DNA of 35,603 nucleotides from Candidatus Aminicenantes bacterium (lineage in GTDB: Bacteria > Acidobacteriota > Aminicenantia > S016-38), in contig JAMOUL010000219.1 of assembly GCA_027062035.1 (NCBI GenBank), positions 1 through 35,603 of the forward strand. Reading direction: 5' to 3'. The notes below the pieces were generated by a model. That model had not been told where the DNA came from, did not search any database, and saw only the letters and a program-made list of their open reading frames with translations. A program made the position numbers and the translations under genes. Below are positions 9,400 to 18,224 of the stretch, in pieces (position 1 is the first letter of the stretch; every line of letters begins with the position of its first letter).

Positions 9400-10822
9400 T
9401 TTTGAAGAACTCATAACAAAAATTGCAGGGGAGGAATGGGGCCTTTATAAAGGGGATAAGCTGATTCTTGGAAAGGAGGTAAGGGGAAAGAAGTACAGGG
9501 TATTAAAGGGGTTTTTAGTTACGGCCCGTTCTCTCTCAATGGAGCAGGTTGAAATCCTGCGTAAGATAGTGGAAATCTTTTACAGGACAAAAAAACTTCA
9601 AAGGGATTCGGTTGCCCTTGAAAGGGTTATGGAGGTAACAGGAAAGCTTTCAGCCTCCATAGGATGGAAGGAGACTCTCAATGAGGTTCTTCGCACTATA
9701 AAATCTCTTATTCCGGGTAAATACTTTTCAATCTACCTTCTGGATAGGGGGGAAAAGAAGATATTTTCCATTTCTTCCTATGGTTATAAAAAGGAAGAGC
9801 GAGAATTTCTTCACATGAAATACGGGCTGGGCCTCGTGGGATGGGTGATCAAACACGGAAAACCCCTGATAATAGAGGATGTAAGAAAGGAACATCGCTA
9901 TTATAAGGTTAAAGACGATACCCTTTCAGAGATGGTTGTTCCTATTAAGGCAGGGGACAGAATAATAGGTGCCATTAATGTGGAGGATGATAAAGTAAAC
10001 TCATTTACAGAGCGAGAAAGACGCCTTCTGGAAGCCTTTGCCTCCATAGCGGGGATAGTTATCGAAAGGGCAAGATTATATTCCAGCCTTGTTGAACACA
10101 AACTGACCCTTAAGGAACTTGAGGTTGCCAGAAGGATTCAGTTCCACTTTCTTCCGAGAAGGGCTCCCCGCCTCAAGGACTATATTGTCTATGGTAAAAC
10201 CATCCCTGCCAGGAAGGTTGGAGGTGACTATTTTAATTTCAGGGCAAAGGGCAGGAATACCCTGATAAGCGTTATTGCGGATGTGTCGGGAAAGGGTATC
10301 CCGGCGGCGCTGCTCATGTCCTTTTTTCATTCTGCCCTTTTAATATATCTTAACGAGAAGGAACTGAGGGACACCGTAGAGTCCCTTAACAGGTTATTTC
10401 TTTCCCAGACCGAGGAAAATCAATTTATAACGGGTATTATCGGGAAACTGAACAGGAAGGAAGGGATACTGGAATATGTGAATTTTGGGCACAATTATCC
10501 CATCGGGGTTAAAAAAGGAAAGGCAGAGGTAATAGAAGGGAGCGATATAGTCCTCGGTGTTATTAAAAATGCAGAATTTTCCGTAAGGACCTTTGATTTT
10601 AAAATATACGATGCTATATATTTCTATACCGACGGAGTTGTAGAGCAGTCCTGTGGAGAGGAAGAATTTGGCCTTGAAAAATTCAGGGAAATTGTTGAAA
10701 AAAACTGGAAGGATCCTCCTGCAGTTATGAGAGCACTTCTGGATGAAATGGAAGAAAAATGCGGCGACGAAAGGGATGATGACCTTACAATTTTAGGTAT
10801 AGTGAAAAATGCTGGGAGTTGA
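9389..10822 (+). CDS. GAF domain-containing PP2C/SpoIIE-family serine phosphatase (RsbU-like)
   Basis: A GAF-like region ('LGLVGWVIKHGKPLIIEDV', 'MVVPIKAGDRIIGAINV') is followed by PP2C motifs 'GGDYF', 'ADVSGKGIPAALLMS', 'YTDGVVE' and 'DDLTILG'. Confidence 0.88.
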   Translation: MNADFEELITKIAGEEWGLYKGDKLILGKEVRGKKYRVLKGFLVTARSLSMEQVEILRKIVEIFYRTKKLQRDSVALERVMEVTGKLSASIGWKETLNEVLRTIKSLIPGKYFSIYLLDRGEKKIFSISSYGYKKEEREFLHMKYGLGLVGWVIKHGKPLIIEDVRKEHRYYKVKDDTLSEMVVPIKAGDRIIGAINVEDDKVNSFTERERRLLEAFASIAGIVIERARLYSSLVEHKLTLKELEVARRIQFHFLPRRAPRLKDYIVYGKTIPARKVGGDYFNFRAKGRNTLISVIADVSGKGIPAALLMSFFHSALLIYLNEKELRDTVESLNRLFLSQTEENQFITGIIGKLNRKEGILEYVNFGHNYPIGVKKGKAEVIEGSDIVLGVIKNAEFSVRTFDFKIYDAIYFYTDGVVEQSCGEEEFGLEKFREIVEKNWKDPPAVMRALLDEMEEKCGDERDDDLTILGIVKNAGS

Positions 10823-11936
10823 CAGATTTCTCGAGGCAAAAAACAGGTTTATGGGGGTGAGTTTTGCTCTTCTCTCAAATCAGGCATCCTTTACCTCTTC
10901 CATGATTCCTTCGGAAGTGGCTCTTGCAGATGCCTTTAACCTTGTTGGGATAATTTCACCACAGCATGGTTTTTTCCACGAAGCCCAGGCAAATATGATA
11001 GAGACAGAGCCAGTGGAACACCCTTTGCTCGGAATTCCCATCCATCCCTTTTATTCCGCTTCCCCGGAATTACCCGATTTTATTGATGAAGTGGATATTG
11101 TGCTTGTTGATATCCAGGATGTTGGGGTGCGGGTTTATACCTATATATGGAGTCTGTATAAACTTATGGAGCTTTTAAGGGGTAAAGGAAAGGTTATTTT
11201 TATTCTGGATCGTCCAAATCCCCTGGGAGGTCAACTGGTTGAGGGAATTCCCCTTGACCCGGACTTCAGATCCTTTGTTGGATTATTTCCTCTCCCGATG
11301 ATTCACGGAATGACCATTGGAGAACTTGCCATTATGTTTAATGAAATGGAAGAATTTGGCCTTGAGGTTGAAGTGTTCAGGGCAGATTGGAAGCGATCCA
11401 TTACTTTCAAAGAACTTAATATGCCATGGAGAAATCCTTCTCCTAACCTTCCATCCTTTGAGAGTCTTCTGGCATATGGGGGAAATGTGATATTTGAGGG
11501 TACCAATATTTCAGAAGGCAGAGGTACCACTAAGCCCTTTCTTTATATTGGAGCCCCCTTTATAAATCCCTACAAATTGGTGGAAAACTTATCCTCTGTA
11601 GAGGGGGTAAAATTCCTGCCAGTGGGGTTTTCTCCCACCTTTGATAAGTTTAAAGATAAACTGTGTTTTGGAGTGGAGCTGTGCTGTTTTGAGGAGAATT
11701 TTAACCCCCTTAAAACCGGATTAATGATAGCAAAGACCATTTTTAAACTTTATGACGGGGCAAAATTTATTCCTCCTCCCTATGAGTACGAATACGAGAA
11801 GCTGCCCTTTGATATAATCACCGGAAGTCCTGTGTACAGAAAATGGATAAAAGAAGGAGAAATTGGAGACCTGGATGAACTTCTTGACCCCGGTTCGTAT
11901 CTTGAGTTAAGAAGGGAATTCCTTATATACAATTGA
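10809..11936 (+). CDS. DUF1343 family protein (NamZ-like exo-beta-N-acetylmuramidase family)
   Basis: 'LLSNQASF', 'PQHGF', 'DIQDVGVRVYTY', 'LDRPNPLGG' and 'EGTNISEGRGTTKPF' are present. Confidence 0.8.
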   Translation: MLGVDRFLEAKNRFMGVSFALLSNQASFTSSMIPSEVALADAFNLVGIISPQHGFFHEAQANMIETEPVEHPLLGIPIHPFYSASPELPDFIDEVDIVLVDIQDVGVRVYTYIWSLYKLMELLRGKGKVIFILDRPNPLGGQLVEGIPLDPDFRSFVGLFPLPMIHGMTIGELAIMFNEMEEFGLEVEVFRADWKRSITFKELNMPWRNPSPNLPSFESLLAYGGNVIFEGTNISEGRGTTKPFLYIGAPFINPYKLVENLSSVEGVKFLPVGFSPTFDKFKDKLCFGVELCCFEENFNPLKTGLMIAKTIFKLYDGAKFIPPPYEYEYEKLPFDIITGSPVYRKWIKEGEIGDLDELLDPGSYLELRREFLIYN

Positions 11937-11981
11937 ACAATATAAAAGGAGATTTCGTATAAAAGAAGGAGGGAGGTAAAA

Positions 11982-13520
11982 ATGAAAAAGATATTATTTC
12001 TTATAATAGCTATACCATTGATTGCTGGCAAACTACCACTGAAGGAAGTAGTTTTTCAGGCCATGCAGAAAAACCCGGAGATACTTGTCTACAAGTATAG
12101 TCCAATACAGGCAAAAAGCATGTTCGAAGCTTCTAAATCCTTATTTATTCCCAGACTGTCCCTTACCGCTTCAGCATCAAGGGATCAGAACAAACCCACA
12201 TCAATATTTGAAGGTAAAGGTGAAGAGGTTAAATCAGATAGGGAATCCGGAACTGTTTCCATTATTCAAAAATTGCCCACAGGGGGAGAAATTAATTTCG
12301 GGGTAACCCAGCTCAGAAATTACACCACCAACCTGTTTTATTCCCTTAATCCCAGCTTTACCAGCATGTTTCAACTGACAATATCCCATCCACTCCTGAA
12401 AAATATGGGATTCTCTGTGACCAGGCAGAACATAATAATAAGTCAGAAGAACTACGAGAAAAGCCTTTTCGATTTCAGAGCCAGGGCCGGAGATGTGGTT
12501 TTCAATGTGGTTCAGGCTTACTGGAATTATCTGTATTACCTGAAGGCTTACAGAGTAAAGGAGGAGTCGCTTAAACTCGCCCAGGACCTTTATCAACAGA
12601 ATAAAGAAATGGTTAAAGTGGGCACAAAGGCACCTCTGGATCTTGTGGAGGCCGAAGCAGAGGTGGAAAATAGAAGAGCAGAACTTATAGAAGCCAGGAA
12701 TCAGCTTGAGAACGCAAGGGAGCAGCTCATGCTCCAGAGTGGAATAGCTGATATACCCGACGATCCTGCTGCCTTTGAATTACCTACCCTCACCAGGGAA
12801 GAACTGGATTTGAGAACAATGTTGGACCTGGCGGTGAGGAACAATCCAGGGCTTCTCGTTGCAAAGAAGGAGCTTGAGTCCGCAGAATTTCAGGTGCAGG
12901 TAAAGAAAAACGCTTTAAAACCAGAACTTAATCTTCAGCTTGTTCTCCAGACACTGGGCAGGGCAGGAACAAAGAACCTGTATCTGAATGACAATCCATT
13001 CACAGGCGTAATAGTTGGAAAGGTAAAAGGAAATGTTTCTGACTCTATAAATGAAGCTCTCAAGGGAGCTTATAATTCTATTCAACTTCAGCTTGTTTAT
13101 ACAATGCCAATTAAGAGGAAGAAAGAGATAGGAGAATTTCAGGCAGCAGTTGCTGATTATTACAGGGCCAGGAAGAACTACGAGATGATCAAAGCCCAGG
13201 TGGAATCAGAGGTTCGTTCGGCCTGGAGGGATGCAATGGCAGCCTATCAGAGGATAAAGGCAACCACCAAAGCGAGACAACTGGCTGAAGAAAAGCTCAG
13301 GGCGGAACAGGAGAAATTTGCCCACGGAGCATCCACCAATTACATGGTACTTACCTATCAGAGGGATCTGGCCAATGCCAGAATTAATGAGCTAAAGGCC
13401 ATACTGGATTACAATATAGCACTCTATAAACTGAGGAAGGTTACAGGTTCCCTTATTTCCTATTTTGGGGTAAGAATAAAGGCAGATAGTGATTTTGGTG
13501 GTTATTCTCTTATAAAATAA
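11982..13520 (+). CDS. TolC-family outer membrane efflux protein
   Basis: It has a signal peptide 'MKKILFLIIAIPLIAG'. There are two repeats of coiled-coil/OEP pattern (e.g. 'LDLVEAEAEVENRRAELIEARNQLENA', 'DLANARINELKAILDYNIALYKL'). AGGAGGGAGG is the SD. Confidence 0.85.
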   Translation: MKKILFLIIAIPLIAGKLPLKEVVFQAMQKNPEILVYKYSPIQAKSMFEASKSLFIPRLSLTASASRDQNKPTSIFEGKGEEVKSDRESGTVSIIQKLPTGGEINFGVTQLRNYTTNLFYSLNPSFTSMFQLTISHPLLKNMGFSVTRQNIIISQKNYEKSLFDFRARAGDVVFNVVQAYWNYLYYLKAYRVKEESLKLAQDLYQQNKEMVKVGTKAPLDLVEAEAEVENRRAELIEARNQLENAREQLMLQSGIADIPDDPAAFELPTLTREELDLRTMLDLAVRNNPGLLVAKKELESAEFQVQVKKNALKPELNLQLVLQTLGRAGTKNLYLNDNPFTGVIVGKVKGNVSDSINEALKGAYNSIQLQLVYTMPIKRKKEIGEFQAAVADYYRARKNYEMIKAQVESEVRSAWRDAMAAYQRIKATTKARQLAEEKLRAEQEKFAHGASTNYMVLTYQRDLANARINELKAILDYNIALYKLRKVTGSLISYFGVRIKADSDFGGYSLIK

Positions 13521-13537
13521 ATAAAAACAATCAATAT

Positions 13538-13578
13538 GCCTGGCCGTTTTTGCGGCCAGGCGTTCCCCATTATTTTTT
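13538..13578 (+). terminator. Rho-independent terminator after the TolC-family gene
   Basis: The stem is GCCTGGCCG (13538-13546) paired with CGGCCAGGC (13553-13561), with a 6-nt loop. A T-run (ATTATTTTTTC) lies about 10 nt downstream. Confidence 0.65.
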
Positions 13579-13632
13579 CGGAAGCCCCTGTCACAAAGGC
13601 CCTGTTGCCGCTATTTGTCCTGATTTTTCAGG

Positions 13633-13661
13633 TTGAGGGATGATAACTTATATGGTAAAGT
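13633..13661 (+). promoter_or_regulatory. Candidate extended -10 promoter for the UDP-glucuronate decarboxylase gene (leaderless geometry)
   Basis: TTGAGG (13633-13638), then a 17-nt spacer, then TGgTAAAGT (13653-13661), then 7 nt, then ATG 13669. No SD is present. Confidence 0.4.
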
Positions 13662-13668
13662 GAAGTTG

Positions 13669-14616
13669 ATGAGAGTTTTAATTACAGGTGCGGCAGGGTT
13701 TATAGGTTCACATCTGGTAGAAAAATATTTGAAGGAAGGATGGGAGGTTATAGGACTGGATAATTTCCTTACTGGAAAGGTTGATAACATTGAGGAATTC
13801 TTTTCCCACCCCAATTTTACCTTCATAAAATACGATGTAACCAATTTTCTATATGTTAAAGGTAACCTGGATCTGATTCTTCATTTTGCCTGTCCTGCCT
13901 CTCCGATTCACTATATGAAACATAAAATCCACACAATGAAGGTTGATTCCATAGGGACCCTTCACGCGCTTGGTCTGGCAAAGGAAAAAAGGGCAAGATT
14001 TATTCTTGCATCCAGTTCTGAAGTGTATGGAGACCCCGAGGTAACTCCTCAAACCGAGGATTATAGAGGGAACGTGTCTCCTACCGGGCCCCGGTCTGTT
14101 TACGATGAGGCCAAAAGGTTCTCTGAAGCTTTATCCATGGCCTATTTCAGGGAGCATGGAGTGGATGTTAGAATTGCCAGAATTTTTAATACCTATGGTA
14201 CAAAGATGGATCTTAATGATGGAAGGGTTATTCCCAATTTTATGAAGCAGGCCATACAGGGTTTACCCATAACTGTTTTTGGAGATGGAACGCAAACCCG
14301 GTCTTTTTGTTATATAAAAGATATGGTTGAGGCGATTTACAGATTATCCACAAAGGATGGCATAGCCGGACAGGTGATTAACCTGGGAAATCCTGAAGAA
14401 CTTAAAATAATAGAGGTGGCTACCCTTATAAAGGAGCTTACCGGGTCTTCATCTCCCATAGAATTTAAACCGTTACCAGAGGATGACCCGAAACGCCGAA
14501 AACCTGATATTACAAGAGCAAAGGAGATATTGGGATGGACACCCAGATATAAATTAAAGGAAGGTCTTTCGGAGGTAATTCCATGGTTCAGAGAAAGGAT
14601 ATTGAAAAAAGAATAA
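13669..14616 (+). CDS. UDP-glucuronate decarboxylase (UDP-xylose synthase-like extended SDR)
   Basis: The canonical Rossmann N-terminus 'MRVLITGAAGFIGSHL' is present, with 'ASSSEVYGDP', catalytic 'YDEAKR' and 'RIFNTYG'. The TTG 13633 extension on the ORF track would add 12 non-conserved residues. Confidence 0.88.
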   Translation: MRVLITGAAGFIGSHLVEKYLKEGWEVIGLDNFLTGKVDNIEEFFSHPNFTFIKYDVTNFLYVKGNLDLILHFACPASPIHYMKHKIHTMKVDSIGTLHALGLAKEKRARFILASSSEVYGDPEVTPQTEDYRGNVSPTGPRSVYDEAKRFSEALSMAYFREHGVDVRIARIFNTYGTKMDLNDGRVIPNFMKQAIQGLPITVFGDGTQTRSFCYIKDMVEAIYRLSTKDGIAGQVINLGNPEELKIIEVATLIKELTGSSSPIEFKPLPEDDPKRRKPDITRAKEILGWTPRYKLKEGLSEVIPWFRERILKKE

Positions 14617-15713
14617 AGGGGCTGCAGGATAATATTATTGATGTCCTGAAGAAGGCAGTGGAGATGGAAAGTCCCACGGCGGATAGGGAGAGGGTCCATG
14701 CCGTTGGAGAGTGGTTTTCGGACCTCTTTTCAGAATTTTTCCCGGAGAAGAAGGTATATGGTGATGAGCACAGGGTATTTCTACTGAAAAGGGGAAAAGG
14801 GAAATCCCTGTTTCTGTCTCACGTGGATACAGTGCACCCCGTAGGCACCCTTGAACAGAACCCCTTCCGACAGGAAGATGGGAAAATTTACGGACCCGGT
14901 GTCCTGGATATGAAGGGTGGAATTGTTGCCCTTTACTTTGCTCTTAAGCTGGCAGATGAACTGGGGGAACTCCCGGAATTTTCCTTCCTGATGAACACAG
15001 AGGAGGAAACAGGGTCCAGACACACCAGAGATTATATGAAAAGGATAGCCTCACGCTATAAATACTGCTTCAGCCTGGAGCCTTCTGGCCCGGAGGGAAA
15101 GTTAAAAACTTCCAGAAAGGGGGTTATTTCCCTGAAACTTGAGACAAGAGGAAGAATGGCTCATGCCGGGCTTGCCCCGGAGAAGGGTATCAACGCAATA
15201 GATGAACTTATAGACCAGCTGGCAGAACTACGGGAATGGATATCAGTCAGGGAGGGGAGCTTTAATATAGGAGTTATAAGGGGTGGGGACAGACCCAACG
15301 TTGTTCCGGGATCTGCTTATGCCCTTGTGGACGTTCGTTTTGAAGAGGATGGGTTTTCCGAAAAACTGAGGGAGTACATGACAGGAGTTTCTCCCATAAG
15401 GAAGGGAGCCCTGGTTAACCTTACCTTTGAATCCTATGTGCCACCTCTATCTCCCACCCTTCCCCAGAGGAAACTTTATACGAGAATGAAAAAGTTCTTC
15501 TCCGAACTGGGAATTGAACTTGATGAAACCCACTCTGCAGGAGGAAGTGATGCCTCCTGGTTTTCAAAGTGGGGCCTTGTTGCCATAGATGGCCTCGGGC
15601 CTGAAGGGCAGGGCGCACACTCTGAAAATGAACACCTGTATTTTGATTCCCTAAAACAGAGGATATTGATGCTGACCTATCTGGTGCTCAACCTCAGGGA
15701 ATTAGCTCCTTAA
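14583..15713 (+). CDS. M20 family metallopeptidase (carboxypeptidase G2/ArgE-DapE-like)
   Basis: 'SHVDTVHP', 'GPGVLDMKGG', 'NTEEETGS' and 'AGGSDAS' are present. GGAGGT lies 6 nt before the ATG. Confidence 0.85.
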   Translation: MVQRKDIEKRIKGLQDNIIDVLKKAVEMESPTADRERVHAVGEWFSDLFSEFFPEKKVYGDEHRVFLLKRGKGKSLFLSHVDTVHPVGTLEQNPFRQEDGKIYGPGVLDMKGGIVALYFALKLADELGELPEFSFLMNTEEETGSRHTRDYMKRIASRYKYCFSLEPSGPEGKLKTSRKGVISLKLETRGRMAHAGLAPEKGINAIDELIDQLAELREWISVREGSFNIGVIRGGDRPNVVPGSAYALVDVRFEEDGFSEKLREYMTGVSPIRKGALVNLTFESYVPPLSPTLPQRKLYTRMKKFFSELGIELDETHSAGGSDASWFSKWGLVAIDGLGPEGQGAHSENEHLYFDSLKQRILMLTYLVLNLRELAP

Positions 15714-16830
15714 GAAGCTCTATATATGCATTTTCCATTTTCTCCACGGAGAAAATTTCTGCCCTCTTTCTTCCTTCCTTCCCCATTTTTTCCCTTAATT
15801 CCCTGTCCCTTAATAGTTGAACAACCCTTTCTGCAAAGGCACCGGGTTCTCCTGGTGGTACGAGAAATCCGGTGATTCCATCCAGGACAGCTTCCCTGTT
15901 TCCGTCCACTGCAGAGGCAACCACAGGTTTTCCCTCTGCCATGGCTTCGGGTATAACTCTGGGAAGGCCTTCCCAGAGGGAGGTTAAAACAAAAACATCG
16001 AAGGTAGCCACAACCTCTTCCACATCGTTTCTCCAGCCGAGGAAACGAATTTTGTCCCTGATTCCCAGTTTCTCTGCGAGCTCTTCTGCCTCTTTTTTCA
16101 GGGTTCCTTCTCCCACCACCATGAACTGAGCAGGAGTTTGCCTCAAAACCTCGGCGGCCATTTTTACAAAGTCCCGGGGCGCCTTCTGGGGTTTAAAACA
16201 CGCTACAGTACCTACCACTGGAAGGGAAGGATCTGCTCCCAATTCCTTCAGTTTCCTTTCCCGATCAATCTTTACAGAGAAAAATTTCTGGAGATCTATT
16301 CCTGAATAGACCACCCTGTAGTTTTTTCGCCTTATAATGCCCCATGACTGTCCCTTTTTAAGGGTTTCGTTTCCAACCGGAAGAAAATAAGTGGTGATCC
16401 TGGAAGTGAACTTTTCTGTTGCAAGAAGGATTGCCCTTGTAAATTTTCCCTGCAGAGGGGTTATTCCAAAACCGTGGACGGTGTGAATTCTGACAGGCAC
16501 TCCTGCCATCCATGCTGCCCATCTACCCAGGATCCCTGCTTTGGAACTGTGGGTGAGAACTGCGAGGGGCTTTTCCCTTTTAAGAATCCTCCATATTTTT
16601 ACAAGCGCTATAAGATCCTTTATAGGGTTTATCTCCCTCACCATGCTCAGTACATTTATATGGGTCGTATGGGGCAGTCTATCCGCTTCTTCATCCAGAT
16701 AATCCCTTACTCCTGAGATAAGTATGTTCTCATATCCTTCCCTTGCGAAGGCTCTGCAGAGCTGAATTGCATGGAGCTGGGCACCTCCAAATTCGAGCCT
16801 GGTTATAATTGTGGCAATTTTCCCCCTCAC
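15694..16830 (-). CDS. Glycosyltransferase family 4 (GT-B fold)
   Basis: The N-terminus is 'ITRLEFGGAQLH'. The E-x7-E region is 'EGLPRVIPEAMAEGKPVVAS'. The start is GTG. The 3' end overlaps the convergent M20 gene by 20 nt. Confidence 0.88.
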   Translation of the reverse strand: MRGKIATIITRLEFGGAQLHAIQLCRAFAREGYENILISGVRDYLDEEADRLPHTTHINVLSMVREINPIKDLIALVKIWRILKREKPLAVLTHSSKAGILGRWAAWMAGVPVRIHTVHGFGITPLQGKFTRAILLATEKFTSRITTYFLPVGNETLKKGQSWGIIRRKNYRVVYSGIDLQKFFSVKIDRERKLKELGADPSLPVVGTVACFKPQKAPRDFVKMAAEVLRQTPAQFMVVGEGTLKKEAEELAEKLGIRDKIRFLGWRNDVEEVVATFDVFVLTSLWEGLPRVIPEAMAEGKPVVASAVDGNREAVLDGITGFLVPPGEPGAFAERVVQLLRDRELREKMGKEGRKRAEIFSVEKMENAYIELLKELIP

Positions 16831-16850
16831 GATGATAATATTCTATCACT

Positions 16851-17606
16851 ATGGATTTAAGAGCGGAGATTACAAAAAGGAGCATCAAAAAGAAAAAGAA
16901 GTACTCACTTACCCGCGGGAAGATTATAGGGGACAGGGTCCTGGAGCTTGGATGCTCTGCAGCAGGGCTTTCGCGCTTGCTTCTTAAGGGGAAATGGGTG
17001 GGCCTTGACCTGGACGAAAAGGTGGTAAGAGAATATCACCGGTATCTCGGAACTCCTGCGGTTGTTGCGAGGGAAAAACTTCCCTTCAGGAATAATTCCT
17101 TTTCCACTGTACTCATGTTTGATTTTCTGGAACATGTGGAAGAGGACAGGGAACTTTTCAGTGAAGCAGTCAGGGTGTTGAGGTCTGATGGACGACTCAT
17201 AATAACCACCCCCAGGGCTGGTAAGCTTTTCATGATTAAGTTTCGAAATTTCATCGGTCTGAAGAAGGAGGCCTACGGACACAAAAGGGAAGGATATACT
17301 GTGGAGGAACTGAAAACCATGGCCGAAGGGGAAGGGTTAAAAATAGAAGAAGTGCGCCTTTATTCAGGTTTCTTTCTGGAGTTCCTTGAGGCTCTTCAAA
17401 ACTGGGTATATTTCAAAATGTCAAAGGTTAAAAGAGATAGAAGGTCTGGAAGCATAAGTCCTGTGGAGGAAGATGAATTTAAAAAGATGAAAAAACTCCT
17501 TTTCTTTTACAGGCTTGCCTACCCCTTTTTCCTTGCCGCTGACTTTCTGGACCGAATACTTGGAACAAAAAAACACGTAATATTTTTGATGGGAAGAAAA
17601 CCATGA
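16851..17606 (+). CDS. Class I SAM-dependent methyltransferase
   Basis: Motif I 'VLELGCSAAG', 'DFLEHV' and 'GRLIITTP' are present. Confidence 0.75.
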   Translation: MDLRAEITKRSIKKKKKYSLTRGKIIGDRVLELGCSAAGLSRLLLKGKWVGLDLDEKVVREYHRYLGTPAVVAREKLPFRNNSFSTVLMFDFLEHVEEDRELFSEAVRVLRSDGRLIITTPRAGKLFMIKFRNFIGLKKEAYGHKREGYTVEELKTMAEGEGLKIEEVRLYSGFFLEFLEALQNWVYFKMSKVKRDRRSGSISPVEEDEFKKMKKLLFFYRLAYPFFLAADFLDRILGTKKHVIFLMGRKP

Positions 17607-18169
17607 AGATATACCTGATAAATACGTATCACCGTGACAGAGAGAAGAAAATTAAAGGATATGTAGAGGTTCTGGAGGAGCTGGGAGCAACGGTAAAGGT
17701 GCTGCTGGAGGATCAGCTGCAAATGGTGGATGGTCCTTCCATAATAAGCGGATCCCACAGGATGGTAGGAGAGGGGGAGGTTTCTAAGGAACTCCTGGAT
17801 TTCATTATGAAAACAAAATATCCTGTTCTGGGAATATGCTATGGCCATCAGGCTATAGCCATGGCATACGGATGGGAAGTAATAAAATGCAAAAAACTTC
17901 ATAAGGGTGATGAAAGAATAAGTAGGGTGCGGGAGCATTTCCTTTTGGAAGGGCTCGAAGAAGAATTCATTATGAACGAATCCCATTACGAATGTGTGAG
18001 AAATACCAGCCATGAGTTTGAGATAATAGCTGTAAGCTTTGATGATGAGGATGGGGAAATTATCGAGGGAATAGTTCACAGGGACAGACCCCTCTTTGGG
18101 GTTCAGTTTCACCCCGAAAGAAGCGGAAATCCTGGAAAAACTCTCCTGAGGAATTTTTTAAAAGGATAA
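17603..18169 (+). CDS. Class I glutamine amidotransferase (GATase1) domain protein
   Basis: The nucleophile elbow 'VLGICYGHQAIA' and 'GVQFHPE' are present. The start overlaps the upstream gene's stop (ATGA). Confidence 0.8.
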   Translation: MKIYLINTYHRDREKKIKGYVEVLEELGATVKVLLEDQLQMVDGPSIISGSHRMVGEGEVSKELLDFIMKTKYPVLGICYGHQAIAMAYGWEVIKCKKLHKGDERISRVREHFLLEGLEEEFIMNESHYECVRNTSHEFEIIAVSFDDEDGEIIEGIVHRDRPLFGVQFHPERSGNPGKTLLRNFLKG

Positions 18170-18174
18170 AAAAA

Positions 18175-18206
18175 GGGAGAAGAAACCCATCAGGATTTCT
18201 TCTCCC
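18175..18206. terminator. Hairpin between convergent genes; intrinsic terminator for the minus-strand LKR-SDH operon (possibly bidirectional)
   Basis: A perfect 11-bp stem pairs GGGAGAAGAAA (18175-18185) with TTTCTTCTCCC (18196-18206), with a 10-nt loop. The A-run at 18168-18174 gives a U-run on the minus-strand transcript. Confidence 0.65.
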
Positions 18207-18224
18207 GGGTTATGTATGGAACCT

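Noticed and set aside
13600-13625. 'TTTGTCCTGATTTTT', resembling the repeat-family end 'TGTCCCTGATT'.
   Set aside because: It lacks the GGG...CCC core and needs an indel to align. This is likely chance similarity in a T-rich promoter region.
15694-15713. A 20-nt convergent overlap of the M20 peptidase and GT4 3' ends, as a possible regulatory antisense arrangement.
   Set aside because: Short 3'-3' overlaps are common in compact genomes. No hairpin or other structure is evident, and there is nothing further to support a function.
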